64,000 nt of DNA from Cyanobacteria bacterium OH_PDB_230 (GCA_023421795.1 JAEZSO010000001.1:202556-266555), one strand, 5' to 3'. Shown: positions 39,333 to 49,268, numbered from the stretch's first letter. The notes: generated by a model not told the origin, from the letters alone. Made by a program: numbers and translations.

Positions 39333-41147
39333 TTATACCATTAATGCTTGAGATTCATCAGCTAATAATGTATTCAATTCACTTGGTAATATTTCTTCAA
39401 TTCTTATTGCTAAGTTATTTAAAAATTCCTTACTAGTAATCAAGCTTCTCATTGCAACATCTCCGGCTTGTTGTTGATTTTTGATTCTTCTTACTTCGCT
39501 AATAACAAACCTTTCCACTTTCTCAAAATAGCTATTAAAGCTTTTTTCTTTATTTTGATGCACTTTTTCATTCAGGTAGTAACCTTTATCAACCATTTGT
39601 TTAAAAATACGAGATAACTGATCTTCGCTATATTTTATACTCATTAATTTGTTAACTCCCCATAGTATATGGTACTTAAAATAGTAAGGAATATAATCTT
39701 CTTTAGGCGTGGTTTTAATGACTCCTTTAATGTTCTTATCAATATAATTAAAAATATAATAGCTAGCAAAAAGTTTATAAAACTCTTGATCAGTTATTGA
39801 ATCAATTTTCTCTTCATTCATTCCGAAAACTTTATAATAAAAACCAGTTGGACTAATATCCCAAAGTTTTCGTGAGTTTAAATAAATATCATATGGATTA
39901 ACAAACATGCTGTAGTATGTTTTTGCAATATTTTCCATAGAAATTGTTTTAACTTTCGATTCATTTAGTCGTCGTTTTCGTTTATATGCTACTTGTTGGG
40001 AAACAGGATAGTCTAATGGATACTTTAATTTATAATCTTTAACTTTATTTTCAATTGAAACCTGTATAAAGTCATTACTTCTAAAATCTATTGATTTAAT
40101 TACATTTTGACTATTATTATTCTTAACTATATTTGCAGCTAAACTACTTTCTCTATCTCCACTTGTATATTTATCTGCTTTTACTATTTTTATTAAGACC
40201 TTGATTTGAGTTATATCTATACTATCAGGTTGCTTAGCTATAGTTGTTAACGTTTGAGCTCCATTGACAACTTGAAATTTATGACATGTTAATGTATTTG
40301 TTTTTTCATCCAGTATATAGTTTTCACAAATAGCAGTGATACCATTGTTATAATAAAAGAACTTATTTGGTTCATTTTCAATAGTTTCAATCATTCCTCT
40401 ATTGACTGAATTTTTTCCTAACCACTGCCTAATATTTAAGTTAAATAATCTTTCTCTACATTCTGGCTTTTGATATAATGACCTTATTTTTGAACCCTTT
40501 TGCGTTACAACAATAGTTTCATTTGGTTCTATAGATAGCCGCATATAATCTTCTTGCCCCAAATTAAAAATGACTGTGTCTGGGGGATTATCACCCATCG
40601 TCTTTACTGTCTCGTATTCTATGCGCAATTTAGAAAAGTCTATTATTGAAAACTGGACATTATTTGATTTTGCTTTGTCTTCATAGTGTTTTTGTTCATC
40701 TTCTACAACTCTTTCAGTTGTTACGTATAACAAATTATATTCAGGGTTTTTAATATGCTGTATGTCTTTAATGAAAGCTCTTAATTCCGCATTAGCAGTA
40801 TTTTTATATAAATCAGTCTTCAGATTTTGTGGTAAGTTTATAAAATCTTCAAGCTGTTTAACATCCTTAGTGCCATATTTTGTTTGAATAATATATATCT
40901 TTTCTTCATCGATAGCTATAAAATCAATGCCTTTATCACCCGCATTATCTATCATGCCTTGTTCTATGATATCAGAATCAATTCTGTAGTAATGTTTAAA
41001 AATTTTATCCAAATAAAATTTTAAAAAAGCTCTTCCTTTTGCTTTTGTATCAAGATTATTGATGTCATTAGGATTTTTTAGTGCTGCAAACCCAAGCTCT
41101 TCTGTAAGTATTTTAAACATCTCTTCAAGCATACTTTGTTTAAACAC
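39333..41147 (-). CDS. AIPR-family (abortive infection phage resistance-type) protein with an N-terminal Mrr-like nuclease motif
   Basis: 604 aa. The N-terminus has 'GDKGIDFIAIDEEKIYIIQTKYG' (a D...QxK pattern, as in Mrr-type PD-(D/E)xK folds). The central region 'FNLNIRQWLG...VN..M..T......FFYYNNGITAIC......VVNGAQT' matches the AIPR domain as I recall it. The first in-frame start is a GTG with no SD. Confidence 0.7.
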   Translation of the reverse strand: MFKQSMLEEMFKILTEELGFAALKNPNDINNLDTKAKGRAFLKFYLDKIFKHYYRIDSDIIEQGMIDNAGDKGIDFIAIDEEKIYIIQTKYGTKDVKQLEDFINLPQNLKTDLYKNTANAELRAFIKDIQHIKNPEYNLLYVTTERVVEDEQKHYEDKAKSNNVQFSIIDFSKLRIEYETVKTMGDNPPDTVIFNLGQEDYMRLSIEPNETIVVTQKGSKIRSLYQKPECRERLFNLNIRQWLGKNSVNRGMIETIENEPNKFFYYNNGITAICENYILDEKTNTLTCHKFQVVNGAQTLTTIAKQPDSIDITQIKVLIKIVKADKYTSGDRESSLAANIVKNNNSQNVIKSIDFRSNDFIQVSIENKVKDYKLKYPLDYPVSQQVAYKRKRRLNESKVKTISMENIAKTYYSMFVNPYDIYLNSRKLWDISPTGFYYKVFGMNEEKIDSITDQEFYKLFASYYIFNYIDKNIKGVIKTTPKEDYIPYYFKYHILWGVNKLMSIKYSEDQLSRIFKQMVDKGYYLNEKVHQNKEKSFNSYFEKVERFVISEVRRIKNQQQAGDVAMRSLITSKEFLNNLAIRIEEILPSELNTLLADESQALMV

Positions 41148-41474
41148 ATCTTTTTTAAGTCAGTCTTAGCCATAAAGTTATTCTTCCTTCCCTCTTGTTT
41201 TCAAACTACCTATCATAATAGCATTTTTATTATTAAAACGGGTTAATTTTATACTTTTGTTACCAAAAATGCCGAAGCAGATAATAAAGAATTTTTTATC
41301 ATTAACAAAACTTATTCACAATTTGAAACAGCCTCTGTCAGTTTTTCTTAATATTCCAGCCTGGAGAAAAATACAAATCGAAATTGTATATCAGTTAATA
41401 ATTATTTTTTACATCTTACTCCGACAATTCTACGACAATTTTTAAAAACAAGAATTTTTGCAAAATTGTAAAGT

Positions 41475-41549
41475 ACTAAAAAAGCCCCTCATAGTGGGGC
41501 TTTTAAATGGTGCCGCGTCTCGGAATCGAACCAAGGACACAGGGATTTT
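41475..41549. repeat. Proximal direct repeat, inside and downstream of the intact tRNA-Phe
   Basis: Partner of 39033-39107. Confidence 0.9.
41478..41504 (-). terminator. Intrinsic terminator following tRNA-Phe
   Basis: The minus strand reads gcccc-actatgag-ggggc followed by T6. Confidence 0.6.
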
Positions 41550-41583
41550 CAGTCCCTTGCTCTACCAACTGAGCTAACGCGGC
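41508..41583 (-). tRNA. tRNA-Phe (anticodon GAA), CCA encoded
   Basis: The reverse complement 'gccgcgttagctcagttggtagagcaagggactgaaaatccctgtgtccttggttcgattccgagacgcggcacca' folds as a cloverleaf. Acceptor stem is gccgcgt/acgcggc, the anticodon loop is cuGAAaa, and the T-loop is ggttcgattcc. Confidence 0.9.
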
Positions 41584-41767
41584 AAAGTGTTTACGCTCTC
41601 ATAAGCTAGTTTGTATTACTATAATATCAACTAAAAACTTTTAGTCAATAATTTTCTGGGAATAATAGTAAATTAACACTTATGTCTCGTAGAACAATAA
41701 ATATGGATGTGGTTTTGCCTGTGCACTATGAAGCGCTTGTTGTGAAGATTGAAGGCTTGACTGGGCC

Positions 41768-42979
41768 TTACTTTATTGAATCGTTTCTTGAGTCTAAGAA
41801 TTCTGAAAGGCTTAAAACATCTACATTAGAGGCTTTAGCTAATAAACCTGCTTTAATTCCTATTTTACAGGAGTGACATGATGTGATAACTATGTCCGGA
41901 TTGTTTTTTATAATTTCTTTTGCTGATTTTTTAGAAATTTCTTCAGCTATTTCATTGTACTTGAGAGATAAAGCACTTGAAAATCCGCAACAATTAGTAT
42001 TTTCAATGAGGCAACCTATGTTTTTTAGACTTTTTAATAAAGAAAGATGATTGTCGTCAGAATTGCAGGGCTTATGATAAATTATATTTGTTTTCTTGCT
42101 TGAAGCTATCTCAAATTCATTTTCTTTTAAAAGCTTACTTAAACTTGTTATTTTGAAGCTAATTTTATGCTCAGAGTTTAAGAAATCATCATAAAGTTTA
42201 AGTGCTGAGGAGCAGCTGTCGCAGTCAGACGTTATATAATCTATGTCTTCAGGGATTTTTTTAAAATTTGATTCGGCATTTTTCTCGAAATCATCGAAGT
42301 ATCCGGAGTAATAACTGTGCACTCCGCAGCAGTTTGTTTTTTTCTTTATTACTTCATAGCCTAACTCTTCTAATAAGTTAAGCGATGCGTTTTTGGATCC
42401 AGGGTTAATATATTTACTGTAACAGCTTTCAAAAAAGAGTATCTTTCCTTTTGGTGGATTTGTTTTTTTAAGCTTTCTGTATTTCGATTTTTCTTCTATT
42501 AAATAATTGAACAAAAGAATAAAGTTGCTAACTTTGCTCTTGGATTCTGTTTTTTTAAGTAAGCCGTTTGTGAGTTTATCCAGCCGCAAGAATTTGTACA
42601 CGAAGATTAATATAGATATGGATTTCAATTTAAATTCGTGTAATTTAACTGAGTTTATAAATTTTATCGCATTTTTTTGTTTGTTGTATTCATTTTTAGC
42701 GCAGGCAAAAATTTCTCTGGAATTTATATCGCTTGGACAAAAATCTCTGCAAGCATTGCAATTTAAGCATGAATTTAGATTATTTATGATTGAATTGTTA
42801 AGTTTTAATTCATTTTGTATAATTCCATTCAGCAAAATAAATTTGCCTCTTGAGACTGAACTTTCATTTTTCGTGGTTTCGTAAACAGGGCAAACTGATT
42901 GGCATAAGCCGCATTTTGAACATTTATATATTTCTTCTTTGTAGTCATTTAAACTTTTCATAATATAATTATGCATCAA
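41768..42979 (-). CDS. (Fe-S)-binding protein with two 4Fe-4S ferredoxin motifs and two CCG domains (GlcF / heterodisulfide-reductase-like)
   Basis: 'CSKCGLCQSVCPVY' and 'CLNCNACRDFCPS', then two Cys-rich 'CCG' segments ('TNCCGVHS', 'TNCCGFSS'). No GlcD/E-type partner is adjacent. Confidence 0.7.
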   Translation of the reverse strand: MMHNYIMKSLNDYKEEIYKCSKCGLCQSVCPVYETTKNESSVSRGKFILLNGIIQNELKLNNSIINNLNSCLNCNACRDFCPSDINSREIFACAKNEYNKQKNAIKFINSVKLHEFKLKSISILIFVYKFLRLDKLTNGLLKKTESKSKVSNFILLFNYLIEEKSKYRKLKKTNPPKGKILFFESCYSKYINPGSKNASLNLLEELGYEVIKKKTNCCGVHSYYSGYFDDFEKNAESNFKKIPEDIDYITSDCDSCSSALKLYDDFLNSEHKISFKITSLSKLLKENEFEIASSKKTNIIYHKPCNSDDNHLSLLKSLKNIGCLIENTNCCGFSSALSLKYNEIAEEISKKSAKEIIKNNPDIVITSCHSCKIGIKAGLLAKASNVDVLSLSEFLDSRNDSIK

Positions 42980-43054
42980 AAATAATGTATTTAATAATCT
43001 TGGAATTGCCCTGAATTTTATCTGATTATATAATTAGATTGGAACTTACGCCCG

Positions 43055-43816
43055 ATGAAAAAACATTATAATAATACTATTAATCATGATTCTTACGCTT
43101 TCACCTTATCAGAGGTTCTTATAACGCTAGTTATAATCGGTATAATTGCCGCTTTAACAGTCCCAACCTTGCTTGACAGGTTTCATAAAGATGCGATGGG
43201 TATTGCTCTTTCAAAGGCATATTCTACAATCAATCAGACACTTTTAAGGATGGCAAGAGAAAACGATGTTAACGGAAATTTCGCTAGAACAACACTTTTT
43301 AATAGCACGGACGTTGTTTTAGGGGATGAATTGGTTAAGTATATAAAAGTATCGAAAAATTGCAAAATGAGCAGCGGCTGTTTTACGACCCAGATGGGGA
43401 CCGAGTTTCCGTCTCTATCCTCGAAAGTTTCTACTAGCGGGGTTATAGGCAATCATTATTCGTTTGTCGGAAACGACAGCGTCTCATATATGGTTCAATC
43501 AACAGGTTCAGGCTGTATCCCTTCATTTAATGGAGCATCTTCCACTATGTTTTCCGGACAGATGAAGCAAATTTGCGGTCTTATCTGGATGGATTTAAAC
43601 GGTTTTAAAGAACCGAACACATGGGGTAATGATATTTTTCTCTTTTATATAACAAACGGTACAAACCCAATGTTGTATCCCGCCGGTGGAAGAGATGACA
43701 GCAGAATGCAATGGTCCAGTGACGGTGTGACGCCTATAAATTGTACAAAATCAAACCCCAACGGATACGCCTGTTCTGGTAGAATTGTGGAACAAAGTTG
43801 GCAAGTTAACTATTAG
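43055..43816 (+). CDS. Prepilin-type N-terminal cleavage/methylation domain protein (pseudopilin-like)
   Basis: 'AFTLSEVLITLVIIGIIAALTVPTLL' is the class III signal/pilin N-terminal helix. The C-terminal globular part contains several Cys. Confidence 0.7.
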   Translation: MKKHYNNTINHDSYAFTLSEVLITLVIIGIIAALTVPTLLDRFHKDAMGIALSKAYSTINQTLLRMARENDVNGNFARTTLFNSTDVVLGDELVKYIKVSKNCKMSSGCFTTQMGTEFPSLSSKVSTSGVIGNHYSFVGNDSVSYMVQSTGSGCIPSFNGASSTMFSGQMKQICGLIWMDLNGFKEPNTWGNDIFLFYITNGTNPMLYPAGGRDDSRMQWSSDGVTPINCTKSNPNGYACSGRIVEQSWQVNY

Positions 43817-43862
43817 TCTGTCAAATTTAACATTTTTATGATAATATTTCAATAAAAACGCT

Positions 43863-44438
43863 ATGAAAAAAAGAAATATCGGATATATAATTGTTTTTGT
43901 TGTAATTCTTGGAGCTTGCTTGTGGGCTTTTATTTCTGCCGGAATAATTACCAAAAATTTTAAAAATAAGATTAAAAACGACGACATGTCCAAAAAAGAA
44001 GTGGATATAGAAAACCTTTTGGTAACAGAAACAAAGAATGGCCAAAAACTTTGGGAACTTTTTGCCGAAAACGGGCATTACGACAATAAAAACAATGTTG
44101 TAATACTGAATAATATTATAGGAAATTTCTATGACGATCAGAGCGTAGTTGCCAGTTTTAAATCTGCCCAGGGAACATATAACGCCGAGTCAAAAAAAAT
44201 TGTATTATACAATGACACGGTTATTGTTTATAAAGACGGATCAAATGTAAGAGCTAACAGGATTGTTTGGGCCGGCCGTGATGAAGATATTATGGCTCAG
44301 GGAAAAATTAGACTTGAAAAGCCAAATCAAGCTATTATATATGGTACAAGCGCCCGTTTAAAGCATGACTTGTCAGATTTTGAAATACAAGGAAGAACTC
44401 GTACCGAACTTTATGGTGAAGGGAAAATGATATTATGA
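43863..44438 (+). CDS. lptC: LPS export system protein LptC-like
   Basis: Single N-terminal TM anchor, a beta-rich ~160-aa domain, and position immediately upstream of and overlapping an OstA/LptA-like gene. Confidence 0.6.
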   Translation: MKKRNIGYIIVFVVILGACLWAFISAGIITKNFKNKIKNDDMSKKEVDIENLLVTETKNGQKLWELFAENGHYDNKNNVVILNNIIGNFYDDQSVVASFKSAQGTYNAESKKIVLYNDTVIVYKDGSNVRANRIVWAGRDEDIMAQGKIRLEKPNQAIIYGTSARLKHDLSDFEIQGRTRTELYGEGKMIL

Positions 44439-45382
44439 AAAAGCTTATTACTTTAATTCTTATTATATTTGGTTTTGCAAATATTTGTTATGCTGCAAAT
44501 TTAACTATAGAGTCTAATAAGCAATCTTTCAGCGACCAACAGAATAAAATATTGCTTGATGGTAATGTCAGAGTTCAAATGGATGATATCCATGTTACAA
44601 GCCCTAAAGCTGAAGTGAATTTAGACCCGGATACTAAGCAAATCAAGGATGTGAATTTTCTGGACAGCGCGTATTCTTATCAGGTCAAAGGAAACAAAAA
44701 ACATGAAATTAAAGCTAACATACTAAGGATGTCCCTTTTAAATAAAGTTATTACCGCAGAAGGTAATGCGCAATCTTCAGTTACAGAGAAGAAAAAGCCA
44801 TTGATAGTTATCACGGCTGATAGACAAGAATATAACAATAATACCAATGTTGTGAAAGCTGATGGCTCTGTTATTGTTTATTATAAAGATGTGGAAACAT
44901 TCTCAAACAATGCAATTGTTGATTTGACAAAGAAAAACGAGATAAAACGCATCCAGCTTATCGGAAATGGTGTAATCAAACAGAAAAACAGCGTAATCAA
45001 AGCAAACAAATTCAGTTATGATACGTTAAGACAAGAAGCTGTTGGGACAGGCAATGTATTTACTGATGTAAATACAGAAACAACAGCTATAAAAGTCTGG
45101 TCAAATTATCAGATGTATGATCAAAAACATAATGTTTTGGTTGCAAGCGGCGACACCATAATAAAGTATAAAGATTATACAGCCACAGGACCCAAAGCAA
45201 CAGTATTCCCAGATAAAAAGACAAATAAACTGAATGAAGTCGTTTTCCTCGGAAGATCAAAAATTGAAGAAATGGGACGAACAATCGAGGCTGACAGGAT
45301 AAGAATGACTTTGAGCCCAAAAGATTTTTCAGCTGAGGGTAACGTAAAAACGTTTATTCCTAATGTAAAAGATGTTCAATAG
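44435..45382 (+). CDS. lptA: OstA/LptA-family periplasmic LPS transport protein (extended, about twice the usual length)
   Basis: Signal peptide 'MKKLITLILIIFGFANICYA' and repeated OstA-like beta-jellyroll strands ('LLDGNVRVQMDD', 'ADGSVIVYYKD', 'AEGNVKTF'). Confidence 0.65.
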   Translation: MKKLITLILIIFGFANICYAANLTIESNKQSFSDQQNKILLDGNVRVQMDDIHVTSPKAEVNLDPDTKQIKDVNFLDSAYSYQVKGNKKHEIKANILRMSLLNKVITAEGNAQSSVTEKKKPLIVITADRQEYNNNTNVVKADGSVIVYYKDVETFSNNAIVDLTKKNEIKRIQLIGNGVIKQKNSVIKANKFSYDTLRQEAVGTGNVFTDVNTETTAIKVWSNYQMYDQKHNVLVASGDTIIKYKDYTATGPKATVFPDKKTNKLNEVVFLGRSKIEEMGRTIEADRIRMTLSPKDFSAEGNVKTFIPNVKDVQ

Positions 45383-45437
45383 CATATAAAAACACTTTAA
45401 TCCCTTTGCTACAGCTATACCTGAGTGAATCGTTAAA

Positions 45438-45466
45438 TTGACAATGAAATTTACAAAAGCTATAAT
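45438..45466 (+). promoter_or_regulatory. Consensus sigma70-type promoter
   Basis: TTGACA (45438-45443), a 17-nt spacer, then TATAAT (45461-45466). It lies upstream of the 45550 ORF. Confidence 0.6.
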
Positions 45467-45549
45467 TTAGTATGTTTATGTCGAGTTAGGGTTCAGTACT
45501 GAAAATCAAAGTTTATAAGAAGTTAAAAATTATATTTATTAATTTCTTT

Positions 45550-46458
45550 TTGTTTTTAATATTTGTTGGGCTTCTGGAAATTATTGCTTATGGGGTCTTG
45601 ATAAAATCTTATTGGTTTGCTTTTGAAGCAGCCGCCGCAAACAATCAAAAAATTGTAGATCTCTTTAAAGTCGAGCATTTTGATAAAAAAAATTACAATA
45701 AATATTTTCGCACTCCAACAATAAAAAAAGACAGCAAAAAAGGCGATATCCTTGTATTCGGCTGTTCATATGCTGAAGGCCATGGGCTGAAAAATGAAGA
45801 GACATTCGAGTATAAGCTGGCAAATTACACAAACAGAACGGTATACAATAGAGGTCTTGGCGGGCAAGGGCCTCAATTAATGCTTTATCAGCTGAGAGAT
45901 CCAAATTTCAAAAATGTAGTTCCAAATGCTGATTATATAATTTATATCTTTATAGAAGACCATTTCAATAGACTTTATAAACATAGAAATTGGCCATTTC
46001 TGAATTTGGTTTCTGTTAAATATGATCTTGTTGGCGATAAATTAATTGAGAATGAGTTAAATTATCCTTGGGGTTATTCCGCGATAATCAGATTCTATGA
46101 AGAACAAAGGACTAATAACTATTCTCAAGAAGAAAAAGAGGAATTGTTGCTAAAAATACTTGAAGAATCCCATAAAAAATCCAAAGAGTTATACCCTAAT
46201 TCTAAGTTTTTTATTCTGAACTATCCTCAAGGAGTGTTTATCACAGACAAAACTTCCCCCGTGAGGCATCAGTACATGTTTTCAGAAAACTTTAAAACGG
46301 GGATAAATAAGATAGGAATAAAAACAATAAATGCAGATGAATTAACAAGCGGAAAAATCATAGACAAAAAATATCAAATATCCGGTTATGACGATCATCC
46401 TAATTCGCAAGCCTGGGATCTTATTGTGCCGTTGATAGCCAAGAAGATAAATTTGTAG
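45550..46458 (+). CDS. Membrane-anchored hypothetical protein, possibly SGNH/GDSL-like hydrolase
   Basis: N-terminal hydrophobic anchor, and 'ILVFGCSYAEGHGL' resembles SGNH block I. The frame is open back to 45490 with no ATG or GTG, so the start is uncertain (TTG 45550 or CTG 45499). Confidence 0.4.
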   Translation: MFLIFVGLLEIIAYGVLIKSYWFAFEAAAANNQKIVDLFKVEHFDKKNYNKYFRTPTIKKDSKKGDILVFGCSYAEGHGLKNEETFEYKLANYTNRTVYNRGLGGQGPQLMLYQLRDPNFKNVVPNADYIIYIFIEDHFNRLYKHRNWPFLNLVSVKYDLVGDKLIENELNYPWGYSAIIRFYEEQRTNNYSQEEKEELLLKILEESHKKSKELYPNSKFFILNYPQGVFITDKTSPVRHQYMFSENFKTGINKIGIKTINADELTSGKIIDKKYQISGYDDHPNSQAWDLIVPLIAKKINL

Positions 46459-46484
46459 GGGTTACGCTCAGAGATTAAAAAAAC

Positions 46485-46515
46485 GCCGGACTTTAAATCC
46501 GGCATTTCTTTTTTA
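46485..46515. terminator. Bidirectional intrinsic terminator between convergent genes
   Basis: Hairpin gccgga-ctttaaa-tccggc flanked by an A-run upstream and a T-rich run downstream. Confidence 0.6.
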
Positions 46516-46524
46516 TTATTGTGT

Positions 46525-49065
46525 TTATTCAACGTCTGTTAATTTTGTTTGGGAAGCATTTTCAATCGCTTCTTCTATATGAGCATCGATATTAACTTCG
46601 CATTCATCATCAGGAACAACGATTTTGTTTACTGCCATTACACAGTCATTATCCATTAGATTTTGGATTTTAACGCCTGTAGCCGGTCTTCCTTGTCTTG
46701 AAATATCGCCTGCTTTGATTCTTGAAACGATTCCATTTGCCGTAACAACCATAATCTCATCACATTCATTTACGATAGTTAAAGCCACCAATCTTGATGC
46801 TGCTGTCTTGAATTTGGTTGCAATTAATCCGATACCGCCTCTATTTTGTGGTCTGAATTCAGATAATTTAGAGCGTTTACCGAATCCGTCAGAAGTAACA
46901 ACAAGAAGGTCTGCGTCGTAGTCTCTTGGAACAATGTCTGAACCTATGATTGTATCACCGGTTCTCAGTTTCATTGAGTTAACGCCTCTTGCGCTTCTTC
47001 CCAAAGGTCTTAGGTCACTTACGCCGAATCTTATTGCCATACCGCAGCTTGTTCCGATGAGGATTTCATCGTTATCTTCTGCTTGATTAACCCAGTTTAG
47101 AGTGTCTCCATCTTCAAGACCTATAGCGATAATACCGTTTCTTCTTATGTGAGCGAAGTTATCAAGGGCTATTCTCTTGATGTAACCGCCTTTTGTAAGC
47201 ATAATCAGGTTTGAATTTTTAGAAAAATCGCTTACAGGAACAACAGCGGTTATTTGTTCATCCTGCTCTATAGGAAGGACGTTTACGATAGGTAATCCTT
47301 TTGCCTGTCTTGAGCCTTCCGGGAAGTCATAAACGTTTAAGCTGTATACCGTACCTCTGTTCGAGAAGAACAATACCTTGTCATGCATCATTGCCGTAAA
47401 GAAGTGTCCGACATCATCATCCTCTTTGGTCTTGATTCCGCCTTTGCCTCTTGTTGCTCTGTTTTGACGCTCAAAAGTGTCTAAAGAAATACGCTTGATA
47501 TAGCCTTGACGAGTAATGAATACTGCCATCGGGATGTTTGGAGTCAAGTCTTCAATAGTCATTTCGTCCATTTGAGGAAGAATTTGAGTTCTTCTTTCAT
47601 CGCCGTATTTTTCTTTGTCTTCTAAAAGTTCTTCTTTGATTATATTTAATACTTTTTGTCTGTCAGCTAAAATTGCTTCGTATTCAGCTATTTTTAGCTT
47701 TAAGTCATCATATTCTGCTTTAATTTTGTCTTGTTCTAAGCCTGTCAATCTTCTTAATTGCATTTCAAGAATTGCGTTAGCTTGATCCGCGTCTAGCCCG
47801 AATCTGGACATCAAGCCGTTTCTTGCTTCTTCGGTTGTAGATGATTTTTTGATAAGTTCAATAACTTCATCCAAGCTTCCAAGAGCAATCAACAAGCCTG
47901 CTAAAATATGAGCTCTCATTTTTGCTTTTTTCAAGAAGAAAACAGTTCTTCTTGTTATTATTTCAACCCTGTGCTCTACGAATTCACTTAAAACTTCAAG
48001 TAAATTCATAAGTCTTGGCTGTTTTCCTACAAGTGCCAGCATATTTACACCAAATGAAGTTGCTAATTGGGTCTGTTTATAGAGATTATTTTTTACAACT
48101 TCAGGCTTGGCGTCACGCTTGAGTTCTATAACTACACGCATGCCGTCTCTGTCGGATTCATCTCTTATATCTGAAATACCTTCGATTTTTTTATCTCTTA
48201 CAAGTTCTGCTATTTTTTCAATAAGCATTGCTTTGTTTACTTGATAAGGGAGTTCGGTTATAACAATGGCTGTTCTTGCCTGACGTCCTGCTCCTCCAGG
48301 GATTTCTTCAAAGGTAGAAATCGCTGACATTTTTATAGAACCTCTACCGGTTAAGTATGCCTGTCTTATTTCTGAAACACCGATAATACTTGCCGCAGTT
48401 GGGAAATCCGGCCCTTTTATGTATTGCATCAAGCCTTCAACCGTTATTTGAGGGTTATCAATAAGAGCTATTGTTCCATCAACTATTTCGCATAAGTTAT
48501 GAGGCGGAATATTTGTCGCCATACCTACTGCGATACCGCTAACGCCGTTTAATAGCATCATCGGCAGTCTTACAGGAAGAACGGAAGGTTCATCTAAAGA
48601 TCCGTCAAAGTTAGGTACAAAATCAACGGTTTCACAATCGATATCAGAAAGCATAGAAGTCGTAATCTTATGCATTCTTGCCTCTGTATAACGCATTGCA
48701 GCTGCTGAGTCTCCGTCAACAGAACCGAAGTTTCCGTGCCCATCTATCGTTTGATATCTTGTTGAAAAGTCTTGCGCCATTCTCACCAAAGATTCGTACA
48801 CGGCACTGTCTCCGTGAGGGTGATATTTACCCAGTACTTCCCCGACTATTCTTGCGCATTTTTTGTAAGGCTTGTCAGGCGTCATTCCCAGTTCGTTCAT
48901 AGCAAAAAGTATTCTTCTGTGAACCGGTTTTAGCCCGTCTCTTACATCAGGAAGCGCTCTACCAACGATTACTGACATCGCGTAGTCAATGTATGAGCGT
49001 TTCATTTCATCTCTTATATTAATAGGAACTATTTTCCCGTCTTCGAACAAATTTTGTTGACTCAA
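46525..49065 (-). CDS. gyrA: DNA gyrase subunit A
   Basis: '[26 protein letters not shown]', 'HPHGDSAVY', the active-site 'AAMRYTE' region, and C-terminal beta-pinwheel repeats. Confidence 0.97.
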   Translation of the reverse strand: MSQQNLFEDGKIVPINIRDEMKRSYIDYAMSVIVGRALPDVRDGLKPVHRRILFAMNELGMTPDKPYKKCARIVGEVLGKYHPHGDSAVYESLVRMAQDFSTRYQTIDGHGNFGSVDGDSAAAMRYTEARMHKITTSMLSDIDCETVDFVPNFDGSLDEPSVLPVRLPMMLLNGVSGIAVGMATNIPPHNLCEIVDGTIALIDNPQITVEGLMQYIKGPDFPTAASIIGVSEIRQAYLTGRGSIKMSAISTFEEIPGGAGRQARTAIVITELPYQVNKAMLIEKIAELVRDKKIEGISDIRDESDRDGMRVVIELKRDAKPEVVKNNLYKQTQLATSFGVNMLALVGKQPRLMNLLEVLSEFVEHRVEIITRRTVFFLKKAKMRAHILAGLLIALGSLDEVIELIKKSSTTEEARNGLMSRFGLDADQANAILEMQLRRLTGLEQDKIKAEYDDLKLKIAEYEAILADRQKVLNIIKEELLEDKEKYGDERRTQILPQMDEMTIEDLTPNIPMAVFITRQGYIKRISLDTFERQNRATRGKGGIKTKEDDDVGHFFTAMMHDKVLFFSNRGTVYSLNVYDFPEGSRQAKGLPIVNVLPIEQDEQITAVVPVSDFSKNSNLIMLTKGGYIKRIALDNFAHIRRNGIIAIGLEDGDTLNWVNQAEDNDEILIGTSCGMAIRFGVSDLRPLGRSARGVNSMKLRTGDTIIGSDIVPRDYDADLLVVTSDGFGKRSKLSEFRPQNRGGIGLIATKFKTAASRLVALTIVNECDEIMVVTANGIVSRIKAGDISRQGRPATGVKIQNLMDNDCVMAVNKIVVPDDECEVNIDAHIEEAIENASQTKLTDVE

Positions 49066-49268
49066 AATCCTACCCCTCTTCTAAACTGTTTAGACATTCC
49101 ATGTCCTAATTATATTGTAGCACAAACCGCGACAAGGGCAAGAATTAGTTGGCTTTGTTACTTTCTGAACCGAATGTGAATTAATGTAACAAAAAAACTC
49201 TCTTTTGAAATAATATACATCGTATATACTTTATATATATGTAAGTATTAGATAAGGTGATCGAAAAG

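Larger units (their letters stand above)
39033..41549. mobile_element. Putative degenerate genomic islet inserted at the 3' end of tRNA-Phe; cargo is one AIPR-family gene and no integrase
   Basis: 75-bp direct repeats containing the tRNA 3' half flank 2,367 bp (39108-41474). That interval holds a single long ORF. Confidence 0.5.

Noticed and set aside
39108-41474. Searched the islet and its flanks for an integrase, recombinase, transposase or excisionase
   Set aside because: None found. The only other ORF, 41257-41445 (62 aa, plus strand), is low-complexity, lacks an SD and is probably spurious.
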